A stretch of DNA of 40,000 nt, taken from positions 99,646-139,645 of the forward strand of contig NZ_JABTCF010000009.1 of the NCBI RefSeq assembly GCF_014596745.1, in the 5' to 3' direction. The notes below the pieces were generated by a model, which was not told where the DNA came from, did not search any database, and saw nothing but the letters and a program-made list of their open reading frames with translations. This DNA comes from Maribacter aquimaris (GTDB lineage: Bacteria > Bacteroidota > Bacteroidia > Flavobacteriales > Flavobacteriaceae). The position numbers were made by a program, and so were the translations under genes. Of this stretch, positions 27,571 through 37,038 are shown one piece after another (position 1 is the stretch's first letter; each line of letters starts with the position of its first letter).

Positions 27571-28558
27571 CGAGCAAACCAACAACGACCTCAACTTCGA
27601 TAATAGAATTCCGCTTGAAGAACTAAAAAATGCGGTTTCCAACATTAAAGCCGAACTGGCGAAGGTCATTATCGGGCAAGAAAATTTCATCGAACTAATG
27701 ATCGTTTCCCTTTTGGTGGATGGGCATGTCCTTATCGAAGGGGTACCCGGTATTGCCAAGACGATTACCGCCAAGCTTTTTGCCAAAACCCTTAAAACCG
27801 ATTTTAGCCGTATACAGTTTACCCCTGACCTCATGCCCAGTGATATTTTGGGCACCTCGATTTTCAATGTAAAAACATCGGAATTCGAATTTAAGAAAGG
27901 TCCTATTTTCTCCAATATCATATTAATCGATGAGATCAATCGCGCACCCGCAAAAACCCAAGCGGCCATGTTCGAAACAATGGAAGAACGACAGGTGACC
28001 ATGGATGGCACCACCTACAGCATGGATACCCCTTTCATGGTACTTGCCACCCAAAACCCAATTGAACAGGAAGGCACCTACGCCCTACCCGAAGCACAGT
28101 TGGACCGTTTTATTTTTAAGATCAAAGTGGATTACCCTTCGGTTGAGGAAGAAATAAAGATCATACAGACCCACCACGAACGGAAAGGAAAAAACCCACA
28201 GGAAAAAATTAGTGGTGTGCTGACCCCGGAACAACTGGCCGACTATAAATCGAAGATACAGGATGTCGTGGTCGAGGAAAAATTAATTAAATACATTGCC
28301 GATATCATAACCAAAACGAGGAATCATCCCCATTTGTTTTTAGGGGGATCCCCGAGGGCCTCCATCGCTACCCTGAACGCCGCGAAAGCCTTTGCCGCAA
28401 TCAAGGGAAGGGATTTCGTGATACCGGAAGATGTAAAAAAAGCACTGGTGCCCATTTTAAACCATAGGATAATCCTAACCCCTGAACGTGAAATGGAAGG
28501 TATGACCACCGAAAGCGTGATAAACATGATCGTAGAGTCCGTAGAAATACCCCGGTAG
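27560..28558 (+). CDS. moxR: MoxR-family AAA+ ATPase
   Basis: Walker A EGVPGIAKT, Walker B ILIDEINR, ATQNPIEQEGTYALPEAQLDRF. The start overlaps the upstream gene by 11 nt. Confidence 0.9.
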   Translation: MENNEQTNNDLNFDNRIPLEELKNAVSNIKAELAKVIIGQENFIELMIVSLLVDGHVLIEGVPGIAKTITAKLFAKTLKTDFSRIQFTPDLMPSDILGTSIFNVKTSEFEFKKGPIFSNIILIDEINRAPAKTQAAMFETMEERQVTMDGTTYSMDTPFMVLATQNPIEQEGTYALPEAQLDRFIFKIKVDYPSVEEEIKIIQTHHERKGKNPQEKISGVLTPEQLADYKSKIQDVVVEEKLIKYIADIITKTRNHPHLFLGGSPRASIATLNAAKAFAAIKGRDFVIPEDVKKALVPILNHRIILTPEREMEGMTTESVINMIVESVEIPR

Positions 28559-28562
28559 TGTT

Positions 28563-29894
28563 ATGCAGTTTCTAAAATCACTCTACATACACAACACCTT
28601 TTTTAGGTATATCGCAGTCCTTGCCGGCTGTTTTATGCTTTCCTTCTGGATTCCCGTCCTCTATCCCACTGCTTGGATATTGACCCTATTACTGTTGGGA
28701 TTGTTCCTGTTCGATATCTATCTACTATATACCCATTCCAAAGGTCTTGTGGCCAATCGGGTATTACCCAAAAAACTATCGAATAGCGACCCTAATCCTA
28801 TTTGCATAGTCTTTGAATCCTTCTATCCGTTTAAAACTTACATCTCCTTGATCGATGAATTGCCACAACAGTTTCAAAAGCGTGACTTTGAATATAGAAC
28901 GAGTTTGTTTAGAAACGAAAAAAAAGAGTTTGAATATACCGTCCGTCCCGTGGAACGAGGGGAATATGTTTTTGGAAACTTGAATGTTTATGCATCCTCG
29001 GCCCTGAAAATCATAAAAAGGCGTTTTGTGTTCCAAAAAAACCAAATGGTGCCCGTTTATCCAAGCATCATCCAAATGCAGCAGTACGACTTTTTGGCCA
29101 TTAGCAATAACCTAACCCAGATCGGACTCAAGAAAATAAGGCGTATTGGTCATACCCAAGAGTTTGAACAAATAAAGGAATACGTCGCAGGAGACGATAT
29201 TCGCACCGTAAACTGGAAAGCCACCGCAAAACAAAACCAGTTGATGATAAACCAATTCCAAGACGAAAAGTCACAACCTATCTATTCCATCATCGATACG
29301 GGAAGGGTAATGAAAATGCCCTTTAACGGACTCAAATTGTTGGATTATGCGATAAATGCAACCCTCGCTTTTTCGAACGTCGCCCTTAAAAAGAATGATA
29401 AAACGGGAATGGTTTCCTTTTCAAAAAAAATAGAAACCTTTGTGCCTGCCGTTCAAAAACTGACCCATCTCAATACGATACTGGAAAAACTGTACAACAT
29501 CACCACGGAATACACAGACTCCGATTTTGGATTGCTCTACGCCCATGTAAAACGAAAGGTAACACACCGGAGCCTATTGCTTTTATACACTAATTTTGAA
29601 CATATTTCGGCATTAAAAAGACAATTGCCCTACCTAATGGGTATGGCCAAAAAACATGTCTTGGTAGTTATCTTCTTTGAGAATACCGAGCTGGAAGAAC
29701 TCATTAGTGCTGATGCCGAAGACCTACAGACCATATATCATAAGACCATTGCCGAAAAATTCTCATTGGATAAAAGATTGATGCAAAAAGAATTGCAACG
29801 TTATGGTATTCAGACCATCCTCACCAAACCCGAAGAACTGACCATTAATACCATAAACAAGTACCTCGAAATCAAATCGCGCGGTCTTCTTTGA
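28563..29894 (+). CDS. DUF58-domain protein (MoxR partner, vWA-like)
   Basis: Two N-terminal TM segments and the DUF58 signature GDDIRTVNWKATAKQNQLMINQF. It starts 4 nt after moxR. Confidence 0.85.
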   Translation: MQFLKSLYIHNTFFRYIAVLAGCFMLSFWIPVLYPTAWILTLLLLGLFLFDIYLLYTHSKGLVANRVLPKKLSNSDPNPICIVFESFYPFKTYISLIDELPQQFQKRDFEYRTSLFRNEKKEFEYTVRPVERGEYVFGNLNVYASSALKIIKRRFVFQKNQMVPVYPSIIQMQQYDFLAISNNLTQIGLKKIRRIGHTQEFEQIKEYVAGDDIRTVNWKATAKQNQLMINQFQDEKSQPIYSIIDTGRVMKMPFNGLKLLDYAINATLAFSNVALKKNDKTGMVSFSKKIETFVPAVQKLTHLNTILEKLYNITTEYTDSDFGLLYAHVKRKVTHRSLLLLYTNFEHISALKRQLPYLMGMAKKHVLVVIFFENTELEELISADAEDLQTIYHKTIAEKFSLDKRLMQKELQRYGIQTILTKPEELTINTINKYLEIKSRGLL

Positions 29895-30380
29895 TCATTG
29901 CATGTCCGGTAATTGAAGAATGCGCTGGGATCGCAATGTCGAGGTTATATTCCTGGATGCAGAAATTGTGATATCCACATAGCGGAAATTCCCTGTTTTA
30001 GGCAAAGTCAACAATGCTGCATAACAATTACAAGATCTGTATTTTCTTCTTTTCTTAGTCTTTTTCAATAATAGATCAAGGGCAAATCCAGAAACTATCC
30101 CGCCAAGTACCGTAAACACGATATCATTGTTGTCCCAACCACCATAATCTGCCTGATCTATCGCCTCCTTCACCACTCCAGCAGCCAAGCTACTTCCTAC
30201 TGCCCCAGTCCACATCCAATATGGGTCACCATCGAACATATGATGGGCCGTATAACCTCCAACAGTCCCAATGATAAATCCGGCACCAAAGTGTAAAGGC
30301 TTATCCTTTGTTATTGTTGTTTGTGCGCTGACCATACTGCAAACAATGCACATTACAATAAGTAAAAATCCTTTTTTCAT
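29895..30380 (-). CDS. Small secreted/membrane hypothetical protein (Gly-rich amphipathic core)
   Basis: The ATG at 30380 gives the signal peptide MKKGFLLIVMCIVCSMVSAQ. The 89 codons upstream in the track ORF run through intergenic repeat A. The basic, low-complexity C-terminal tail is atypical. Confidence 0.5.
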   Translation of the reverse strand: MKKGFLLIVMCIVCSMVSAQTTITKDKPLHFGAGFIIGTVGGYTAHHMFDGDPYWMWTGAVGSSLAAGVVKEAIDQADYGGWDNNDIVFTVLGGIVSGFALDLLLKKTKKRRKYRSCNCYAALLTLPKTGNFRYVDITISASRNITSTLRSQRILQLPDMQ

Positions 30381-30609
30381 AAAAAGTGTTACCCATATCG
30401 CACAGCTTAAATGGCACATATGGTGATGAATGCGCAAAATACCTGTTTTAGGTAGTATGAAACCATAATCATCCTTATTTTCGATATAACGGTTATTTAT
30501 ACTGTTTTTTGATGCATCCCGAATGAAGAACTTGTATTTATTGTATGGATTACGTATTCCGGCCATTATATTTACGGAACACAGGATGCTATCACGCCCT
30601 ATCCAAACC

Positions 30610-30745
30610 CAGTGTTCAGCCTTCGTCAACAACCGACCTACTACCAAAAAAGTTATACGCCGTATCCATTAATTCCCTTAACGGATACGACGCATAACAA
30701 ATATGTTGGAATTCCTTGGTTTCAGAAACATCGGAAATCCGTTAG
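30610..30745 (-). repeat. Copy A of a ~140-nt paralogous intergenic element (hairpin plus T-tract on the minus strand)
   Basis: By eye it is about 75% identical to 33293-33430. Shared blocks are TTCGTCAACAACC, TTATACGC, ACGCATAACAAATATGT, AATTCC and TTCAG(A/G)AAC. It contains the inverted repeat ACGCCGTATCC...GGATACGACGC (30657-30693). Confidence 0.7.
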
Positions 30746-30826
30746 AATTTATTTTTCAGCCTCCCAGCAAATCCACCGGGAAACACTTTTCTTTCCATCT
30801 TGGTTGAGGATGGCCCCCAAGTTTGG

Positions 30827-32431
30827 TTAATCTGTAATCTCGGTAATCACGTGTCCAATACTTCCACTGGGTTGTTGTATGTTCAAGATTGCCGCAAGCG
30901 TAGAGGCAATATCGGTCATCCCAACCAACCTATGCGTTTTTCCTGGGCGTATACCTGTTCCCATCCATACAAGTGGGATATGAGCGTCATAAGGGTTCCA
31001 ATCGCCATGGGTGGCTCCTGTCCGTGATCCACTTTTCCATCCCGAGGATTTAACAATTACAATATCCCCACTGCGTTTGGGGTGGTACCCATTGATTAAC
31101 ATGGTCTTTATAGGTTCGGGATAAGTGGCCGATGCAAGAGCTTCATTCAAGAATGCCGTCTCAATACCGGGAACCTGCTTCAATTGTTCTATAATATAAT
31201 TCGCAACGGTAATCTTATCAATTCCCGCTTTAGAAATCACATCGTAATCCAAGTAAATCTGATAGCCATTTCTGGTTAGGATAAGACCGGGGATTCCGAA
31301 CTTTTTCTCTAATTCCGTATCTAAGTTCTTAAAAACATCATTGGTCAAAACACCCGTGGGAAGCTTGTTTTCTTCCAAGTATCCCGGTGAGTGATTGGCG
31401 CCATGGTCTGCTGTTATAAAAAACAGATAACCATCCTTGCCATATCTTTTATCCAAATAGCCAAAAAGATCTTCCAAATCCTTATCCAACCTAAGGTAGT
31501 TGTCTTCCACCTCAATTGAATTGGGTCCATAGGCATGGCCGATCTTATCGGGACTGGAAAGGCTGATAGCAAGCAAATCGGTAAATTTACCTTGACCCAA
31601 CTTGTATCCCTCCATGGCTACTTTTGCAAATTCCAGGGTCCAGGTATTTCCAAACGGAGATCTACTTATCGAAGGTTTATGGGGAAATACCGATTTTTTT
31701 TCGCCCTTATAAATCGTTTCATAATCCTTGTCATCCTCGTCACTTAACACATAGGTATCAGCAGGGTATAGTGTTTTCCAACCCTTTGGCATCAATAGTT
31801 TATCCCAATCTTTTTCGTTGAATTTCCTTGCCCATTCCGGCAAGGCATCCATATAATACGTACTGGTGGTGAATTTCCCGGAATCTTCCCAAAAAGCTCC
31901 ATTCGCAGCATGTCCGCCAGGAAGAATGGCTCCCCGATCTTTAATGGATATCCCTACTACTTTACTCTGATAATTGGTTGCGATTCGCAATTCATCACCA
32001 ATAGTGGTGGTAAGCAGATTACGGGGAGATTTATTCTGCTTGGCATTTCCCCCTACCCCGGTTACCGTGGAATCCTCGACGTTGGATATTTCACGGCCCC
32101 AAGAACGATCATACCAGGAGTTACCTGCAATACCGTTTATTGCTGGGACCGAACCTGTATAAACCGACGAATGGCCACAAGCTGTAACCGTTGGAGCATG
32201 TTGTATCATCGTATTCTCGCAACTGAAACCTTGATCAAGAAGCCGTTTGAATCCACCATCCCCATATCTATCCTGGTATTTGTATAAATAATCCCATCGC
32301 ATCTGATCCACCATAAGGCCTACTACTATTTTAGGCTTTTTTACAGGTGCAGTTTGGGCCACACATGGATTGGAGAATACATGGAATGTCATTAGAAAAA
32401 GAAGAAGCACTATTTTTTTCATGATATGCAT
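30827..32431 (-). CDS. pafA: PafA-type alkaline phosphatase (alkaline-phosphatase superfamily)
   Basis: KPKIVVGLMVDQMRWDYLYKY, HAPTVTACGHSSVYTGSVP, ITADHGANH and GATHGDWNPYDAHIPL closely resemble Flavobacteriia PafA as I recall it. The start may instead be the ATG at 32422 (MKKIVLLL). Confidence 0.85.
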   Translation of the reverse strand: MHIMKKIVLLLFLMTFHVFSNPCVAQTAPVKKPKIVVGLMVDQMRWDYLYKYQDRYGDGGFKRLLDQGFSCENTMIQHAPTVTACGHSSVYTGSVPAINGIAGNSWYDRSWGREISNVEDSTVTGVGGNAKQNKSPRNLLTTTIGDELRIATNYQSKVVGISIKDRGAILPGGHAANGAFWEDSGKFTTSTYYMDALPEWARKFNEKDWDKLLMPKGWKTLYPADTYVLSDEDDKDYETIYKGEKKSVFPHKPSISRSPFGNTWTLEFAKVAMEGYKLGQGKFTDLLAISLSSPDKIGHAYGPNSIEVEDNYLRLDKDLEDLFGYLDKRYGKDGYLFFITADHGANHSPGYLEENKLPTGVLTNDVFKNLDTELEKKFGIPGLILTRNGYQIYLDYDVISKAGIDKITVANYIIEQLKQVPGIETAFLNEALASATYPEPIKTMLINGYHPKRSGDIVIVKSSGWKSGSRTGATHGDWNPYDAHIPLVWMGTGIRPGKTHRLVGMTDIASTLAAILNIQQPSGSIGHVITEITD

Positions 32432-33292
32432 TTTGGAAATATGATTACTGAATATTACGTTTTGCCGAATAGGTTAAAGTTTGATTTTAATGACTAAGAT
32501 CAAAGGGTTTGATTCTTCATCAAAACTATCCTCTTTTACAATCAAAATCACATAGTATCTTATTGAAAACCTATATATTTTTGATGATTTCTGATAAGAT
32601 TATCCAAATTTCGGAATTTCAGGTTAATATGCCATTAGCAAAATCATAAGTTTTATCGATTCAATATTTACTTTAAATCACAGGAATTAATCAATGAAAT
32701 AAAAAGTATGGTCAAACCTGGGTCAATCCCAAAATAGGCCGTTCCTTTTTTAGGACCCCGTTCAGGGGTGTGAAAAATATAGCATTCTTCCTTTATGGAT
32801 TAACCACAATTTTTGCATAAACACAACAATTGATCCTGATCCTCAAACCTTACCCCCGGTCCTGGCCATAATTTTGAAATATTATCGGTAACGATCTTAA
32901 GAAAATGGGAGATATTCCCTTGGGCTGGAACAAATGGACTATAATTACTAGGTAGACTTCCCCTGATTGGGTACAAATCACCTTCAGCACTACAAAAAGT
33001 AGGAACAGGAACTGAATTTTGGAATAAAATAGGGGATTGGGGACATTTACTCTTGGGCGATAGTGTTTACCAGACCTTTTTGACCGGCAAATTTGACAGG
33101 GATAAACCTTTAATCAATCGTTGAAAAGTACTTTTCGAGAAAAAACCCTTCCCTTTTGACACCCGATTTTTTCAACGGATTATGTCTTAGAAAGTCCCCC
33201 AAAAACAGGTTATAACAAAAATCTTTCCTTTATCCGCACTGAAAACTGAACACTGAATGTAATCTTCTTTTGGCTATCATACATAAATACAC

Positions 33293-33430
33293 TCAGTATC
33301 CAGCATTCGTCAACAACCTATCAACTACTAAAAATCTTATACGCAGTATCTTTATTTTCCACTAACCGATACAACGCATAACAAATAACAAATATGTCTA
33401 AATTCCCAAGTTCAGGAACGTGGAAATTTG
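33293..33430 (-). repeat. Copy B of the ~140-nt paralogous intergenic element
   Basis: See copy A. It lies immediately downstream (on the minus strand) of the small gene 33439-33672. Confidence 0.7.
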
Positions 33431-33438
33431 TAAGGACC

Positions 33439-33672
33439 TTATTTTGATTTAGACCTAAACCGCAAAGATTTTATATCCTTTATCATAGTGATGCCCAATA
33501 ATAAAAAGGAGCATCCAAACACCGATTTTCCAATCGTACAAAACGCACATTCAAAATAATTCAATGAACATCCCATATAATGACTGACACAACCAACGAT
33601 AATCATAATGAGGTAATCAACCATTACGAAAACCGATAATAAGAACAACGATTTTATAGCTATATCTTTCAT
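33439..33672 (-). CDS. Small Cys-rich two-TM hypothetical protein
   Basis: 77-aa ORF with two hydrophobic segments and a Cys cluster in the central third (CVSHYMGCSLNYFECAFCTIGKSVFGC). No homology recognised. Confidence 0.4.
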   Translation of the reverse strand: MKDIAIKSLFLLSVFVMVDYLIMIIVGCVSHYMGCSLNYFECAFCTIGKSVFGCSFLLLGITMIKDIKSLRFRSKSK

Positions 33673-33854
33673 GTCCGTACTATTTAAAATCTTGGATTAC
33701 TTCTTTATTTAAAGGTAAATAGCAAGTACAGCTTCACAAAGTACTTTAGATAACCATTTCTTTGCCTTACTAATGGTATTTTTAACATTCTATGATGTAA
33801 TTTTACATTTTATGCCTTGAAACACAAAAAGATAGAACAAACATTCCAGATATA

Positions 33855-34550
33855 ATGCCTGATTTTTTAACCCAAAAAAGCAATCTAAACAACGAATTTT
33901 TAAATGCCCAAGCATGCCTGAATGTTTTATCCGATGAGGAAAAACAGGAACTGATCGACGGCAAGACCGATATCGAGTTTGAAGCTGGCGAACACATTGT
34001 CAAAAGAGGGGTTTTGGCCAATAATGTGCTCTATTTGACTGAAGGTCTTGTGAAATTGGAACTGGCCAATGATTCAATACCCTCAACCATCGCCATTCTT
34101 GAACCCCATTCTTTCATAGGTATCGTTTGTTGTTTTGCCTTTAAAAAAATAGATTTTACCGCAACTGCTTTAACAAAAACCAAAGTCAGTTTTATCGGGA
34201 TGGATGTTTTTGAGCGATTTATAAAGGACAACGGTGAATTTGCCTTAAGCCTGATCAAGCATATGTCCGGGATCAGTAATCAATTGTTACATCGCCTTAC
34301 CGGACTGTCCAAAAAGCACATTGATGGTGCTTTAGCGTATATTTTGCTCGATTTTATGGCTATTTACAAGGCCGATGAATTCGAGTTGCCCATGTCAAGG
34401 GTTGAATTGGCCAATATGCTGGACTATTCCAAGGAAAGTGTCATCAATACCCTCTCAAAATTCAATAGGGAAAAGATCATTAAGGTCAATGGCAAAAAAA
34501 TCAAGATTTTGGATCGTGAAAATCTAACGCAAATCTGCAAACTAGGATAA
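33855..34550 (+). CDS. Crp/Fnr-family transcriptional regulator
   Basis: N-terminal cNMP-binding-like barrel (FEAGEHIVKRGVLANNVLYLTEGLVKL) and C-terminal HTH (SRVELANMLDYSKESVINTLSKFNREKII). Confidence 0.85.
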   Translation: MPDFLTQKSNLNNEFLNAQACLNVLSDEEKQELIDGKTDIEFEAGEHIVKRGVLANNVLYLTEGLVKLELANDSIPSTIAILEPHSFIGIVCCFAFKKIDFTATALTKTKVSFIGMDVFERFIKDNGEFALSLIKHMSGISNQLLHRLTGLSKKHIDGALAYILLDFMAIYKADEFELPMSRVELANMLDYSKESVINTLSKFNREKIIKVNGKKIKILDRENLTQICKLG

Positions 34551-34933
34551 ACCACACTACGCCGGTATAACTGTTTGTAAGGCAGTTGGATGCGAATTGC
34601 TTATCAATGGGACTAGTGGTCAAAAAGCCAAGCCCGAAAACGAAGCCATTCACCATAAGTGACATTGAACCTAAAGTAACGTTATCCCAACGAATTACCG
34701 GCCACCTTCTATCGGGTTTTATTTCCTATGCCTGGTTATACCATATAGCATACATTCTTACGTTCCATGACCAGTTACCTATGTAACGAAAACTCTTTGT
34801 ACTATGATATTCGTCATTAGATCTATGATTTTTTGAACTTAAATTATAGCCCTTAATCTAATAAAGCAACAACCTTACTTACAGTATTGAAACATTCATA
34901 ACAAGTAATTAGTTTAATTTAAAAATAAAGAAA

Positions 34934-35407
34934 ATGAAGAATCTCGGACTGTTATTTATTTCAGGATTAATGATGTTTAGCTGTAATCAAATGCCAAAAA
35001 CGGCTAGTGACATGAACCAAGAAAAAGAAAGTGTAGTGCTGGCCAAACCGGTCAAAAATGGAATGTTGATTCACATCACAAAAGGTTATGACGACCCCCA
35101 TAGGGTATTAATGGCCTTAAAAATGGCGACAATGATGGCTGAGGACAAGGATGTGCTTGTTTATATGGACATTGATGCGGTTGGTTTATTGGTCAAAGAA
35201 GCGAAAGACTTAAACCATCCTGGTTTTGAATCTGCCCACACTTACATAAAACAACTCGTTGAAAAAAATGTGGGGGTATATGCCTGCCCAACCTGCATTA
35301 AAGTTGCAGGTTTCACCCCTGAAGACCTAATGGAAGGTGTTCAGGCAGCCCAAAAAGACAAATTTTTTGATTTTACTAAGGGACGAATTATCACCTTGGA
35401 TTATTAA
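34934..35407 (+). CDS. DsrE/DsrF-like family protein, exported (lipoprotein-type signal)
   Basis: Signal peptide with LMMFSC. The core MLIHITKGYDDPHRVLMALKMA...VLVYMDIDAV...VYACPTC resembles DsrE-like sulfur-relay/peroxiredoxin-fold proteins. The family assignment is tentative. Confidence 0.6.
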   Translation: MKNLGLLFISGLMMFSCNQMPKTASDMNQEKESVVLAKPVKNGMLIHITKGYDDPHRVLMALKMATMMAEDKDVLVYMDIDAVGLLVKEAKDLNHPGFESAHTYIKQLVEKNVGVYACPTCIKVAGFTPEDLMEGVQAAQKDKFFDFTKGRIITLDY

Positions 35408-35433
35408 TACGATTTAACACGAACTCAATTTTC

Positions 35434-35468
35434 ACAATAGCTATCCATTTGGGTAGCTATTGTTTCTT
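35434..35468 (+). terminator. Probable terminator hairpin
   Basis: Perfect 10-bp inverted repeat ACAATAGCTA...TAGCTATTGT followed by a short T-rich tail (TTCTT). Confidence 0.5.
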
Positions 35469-35614
35469 AAGGCAACAAAATGCAGCTGAAGGATGAAATA
35501 CCCAAAAGAAACCTCCTTCGTACGTATGCTGGGGACATGGTGACTTTTGTAACAGTGTAATTATGATTTTGCCATTACTTTTGAACACTTCCCTCTAAAT
35601 AAAATCGAACCTAA

Positions 35615-36835
35615 ATGGAATTATCACCATCTACTTCAAAACGCAATTTTAATTCATTGTTGTGGCATGCAGCGTTCTTATCCCTGGCACAGGTTTTTAT
35701 GGATGTGGACACCATAATCCCGGCCATGCTCGTCGATGCCGGTGGAAGTGCCATACAAATCGGTATTCTAACGGCAATTATGCTTGGCGGGTCCAGTTTT
35801 TCGCAATTGCTTTACGCCCCTTTTGTAAGTAATAATCACTTCAAGAAAAAGTTCTTGCTCATAGGAATCAATTCAAGGATCTTCGCCTTACTTGGCTTGG
35901 CACTAATGCTTTATTTTTCTTCTGTGGTCGATGAATCGATGACCATCTGGATGATCTTTATCTTGATTTCCATTTTTTCATTTGGCGGGGCTTTTGCCAA
36001 TTTAAGTTATACGGACATATTGGGTAAATCGATCATACAGGACACCCGTAAATCGTTCTTCTCATCGCGACAGGTCATTAAAGCGATTATCTTGTTTTTT
36101 GCCGCCCTGATCGCTAAAAAGATTTTCAATCTAGCTGACTATCCGGTCAATTACGGATATATGTTTTTTATCGCCTTTGCCGCACTTTTAATTTCATCCC
36201 TAGGTTTTTGGAACATTAAAGAGGTTACCCCTTCACGCCTATCCGTAAAAAGTCCGAAACACTTTTTTCAATTGATCACAACGGAACTACAACAAAATAA
36301 AAAACTGAAATATTTTCTAGGTTACATCAATACGATGGGGATCAGTATTGCCCTGCTCCCATTTGTAGTCCTTTATGCCAAGGAGTTCTACCTAACTGAT
36401 AGTGCCGATACAGGCTCGTTTCTGCTCTATAAGATTATCGGTAGCATAATTGCAGGTTCGATCTTATTCGTTTTGGCAAAAAGGTATAAATACCAATATC
36501 TACTGTATGGAAGTGCGGTATTGGCTTTTGCCCTACCGTTATTCATTTTACTATCTACCGAAATGCCTTCCTTCGTTCTCGTTTTTTTTATCGGGGGCAT
36601 CATTTATACCACCTATACCATTTCAATGAACGGGGTCCTCTTGGAAGTTTCAGGGACTGAAAACCGTACACTATACACGGGAATAACCGGAATCGGCAAT
36701 ATTCTACCTGCCCTATTCCCAATCGCGGGCGGATGGATCATTCACCAATTCGGGTTCCAGTTGTTCTTTATACTTTTTATGTTCATTATTTTATGTTCTT
36801 TATTTTTCATCTATAAACTGGACTGTAAGAAATAA
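35615..36835 (+). CDS. MFS transporter
   Basis: 406 aa with about 12 hydrophobic segments in a 6+6 layout with a central loop. Confidence 0.8.
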   Translation: MELSPSTSKRNFNSLLWHAAFLSLAQVFMDVDTIIPAMLVDAGGSAIQIGILTAIMLGGSSFSQLLYAPFVSNNHFKKKFLLIGINSRIFALLGLALMLYFSSVVDESMTIWMIFILISIFSFGGAFANLSYTDILGKSIIQDTRKSFFSSRQVIKAIILFFAALIAKKIFNLADYPVNYGYMFFIAFAALLISSLGFWNIKEVTPSRLSVKSPKHFFQLITTELQQNKKLKYFLGYINTMGISIALLPFVVLYAKEFYLTDSADTGSFLLYKIIGSIIAGSILFVLAKRYKYQYLLYGSAVLAFALPLFILLSTEMPSFVLVFFIGGIIYTTYTISMNGVLLEVSGTENRTLYTGITGIGNILPALFPIAGGWIIHQFGFQLFFILFMFIILCSLFFIYKLDCKK

Positions 36836-37038
36836 AGACTACCCATCCAGCACCCAAGACCCCAAATCTTGAACTCCAAACCTCAAACTTTAAATAAGTA
36901 CCTCTTGAACAATCAAACAGCCATAAACATGTGAGTGACCTATGTTACAAAATAGTTCGATTTTTGATTTTAACTTGCCGTTTTTTAAACACTGAACTTA
37001 TATTGGAATCTAGAAAACCAACTAAAAGAAACTGAACT

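Noticed and set aside
27514-28014. Long antisense ORFs inside well-supported genes (27514-28014, 37047-37472, 2960-3382, 31910-32287, 4866-5219, 8022-8354, 15938-16237, 19331-19627 and others)
   Set aside because: They are shadow ORFs opposite genes with strong family motifs. They have no recognisable motifs and a biased, low-complexity composition.
30381-30647. N-terminal 89 codons of track ORF 29895-30647
   Set aside because: The extension runs through intergenic repeat copy A and has no signal-peptide logic. The internal ATG at 30380 gives a canonical signal peptide (MKKGFLLIVMCIVCSMVSAQ).
34586-34786. Track ORF 34586-34786 (+), and a possible minus-strand remnant (...IGNWSWNVRMYAIWYNQA-TAG-EIKPDRRWPVIRWDNVTLG...)
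   Set aside because: The + ORF has a non-ATG start and no motifs. The minus-strand reading looks vaguely protein-like, but I cannot assign a family, so neither is called. BLASTX would decide.
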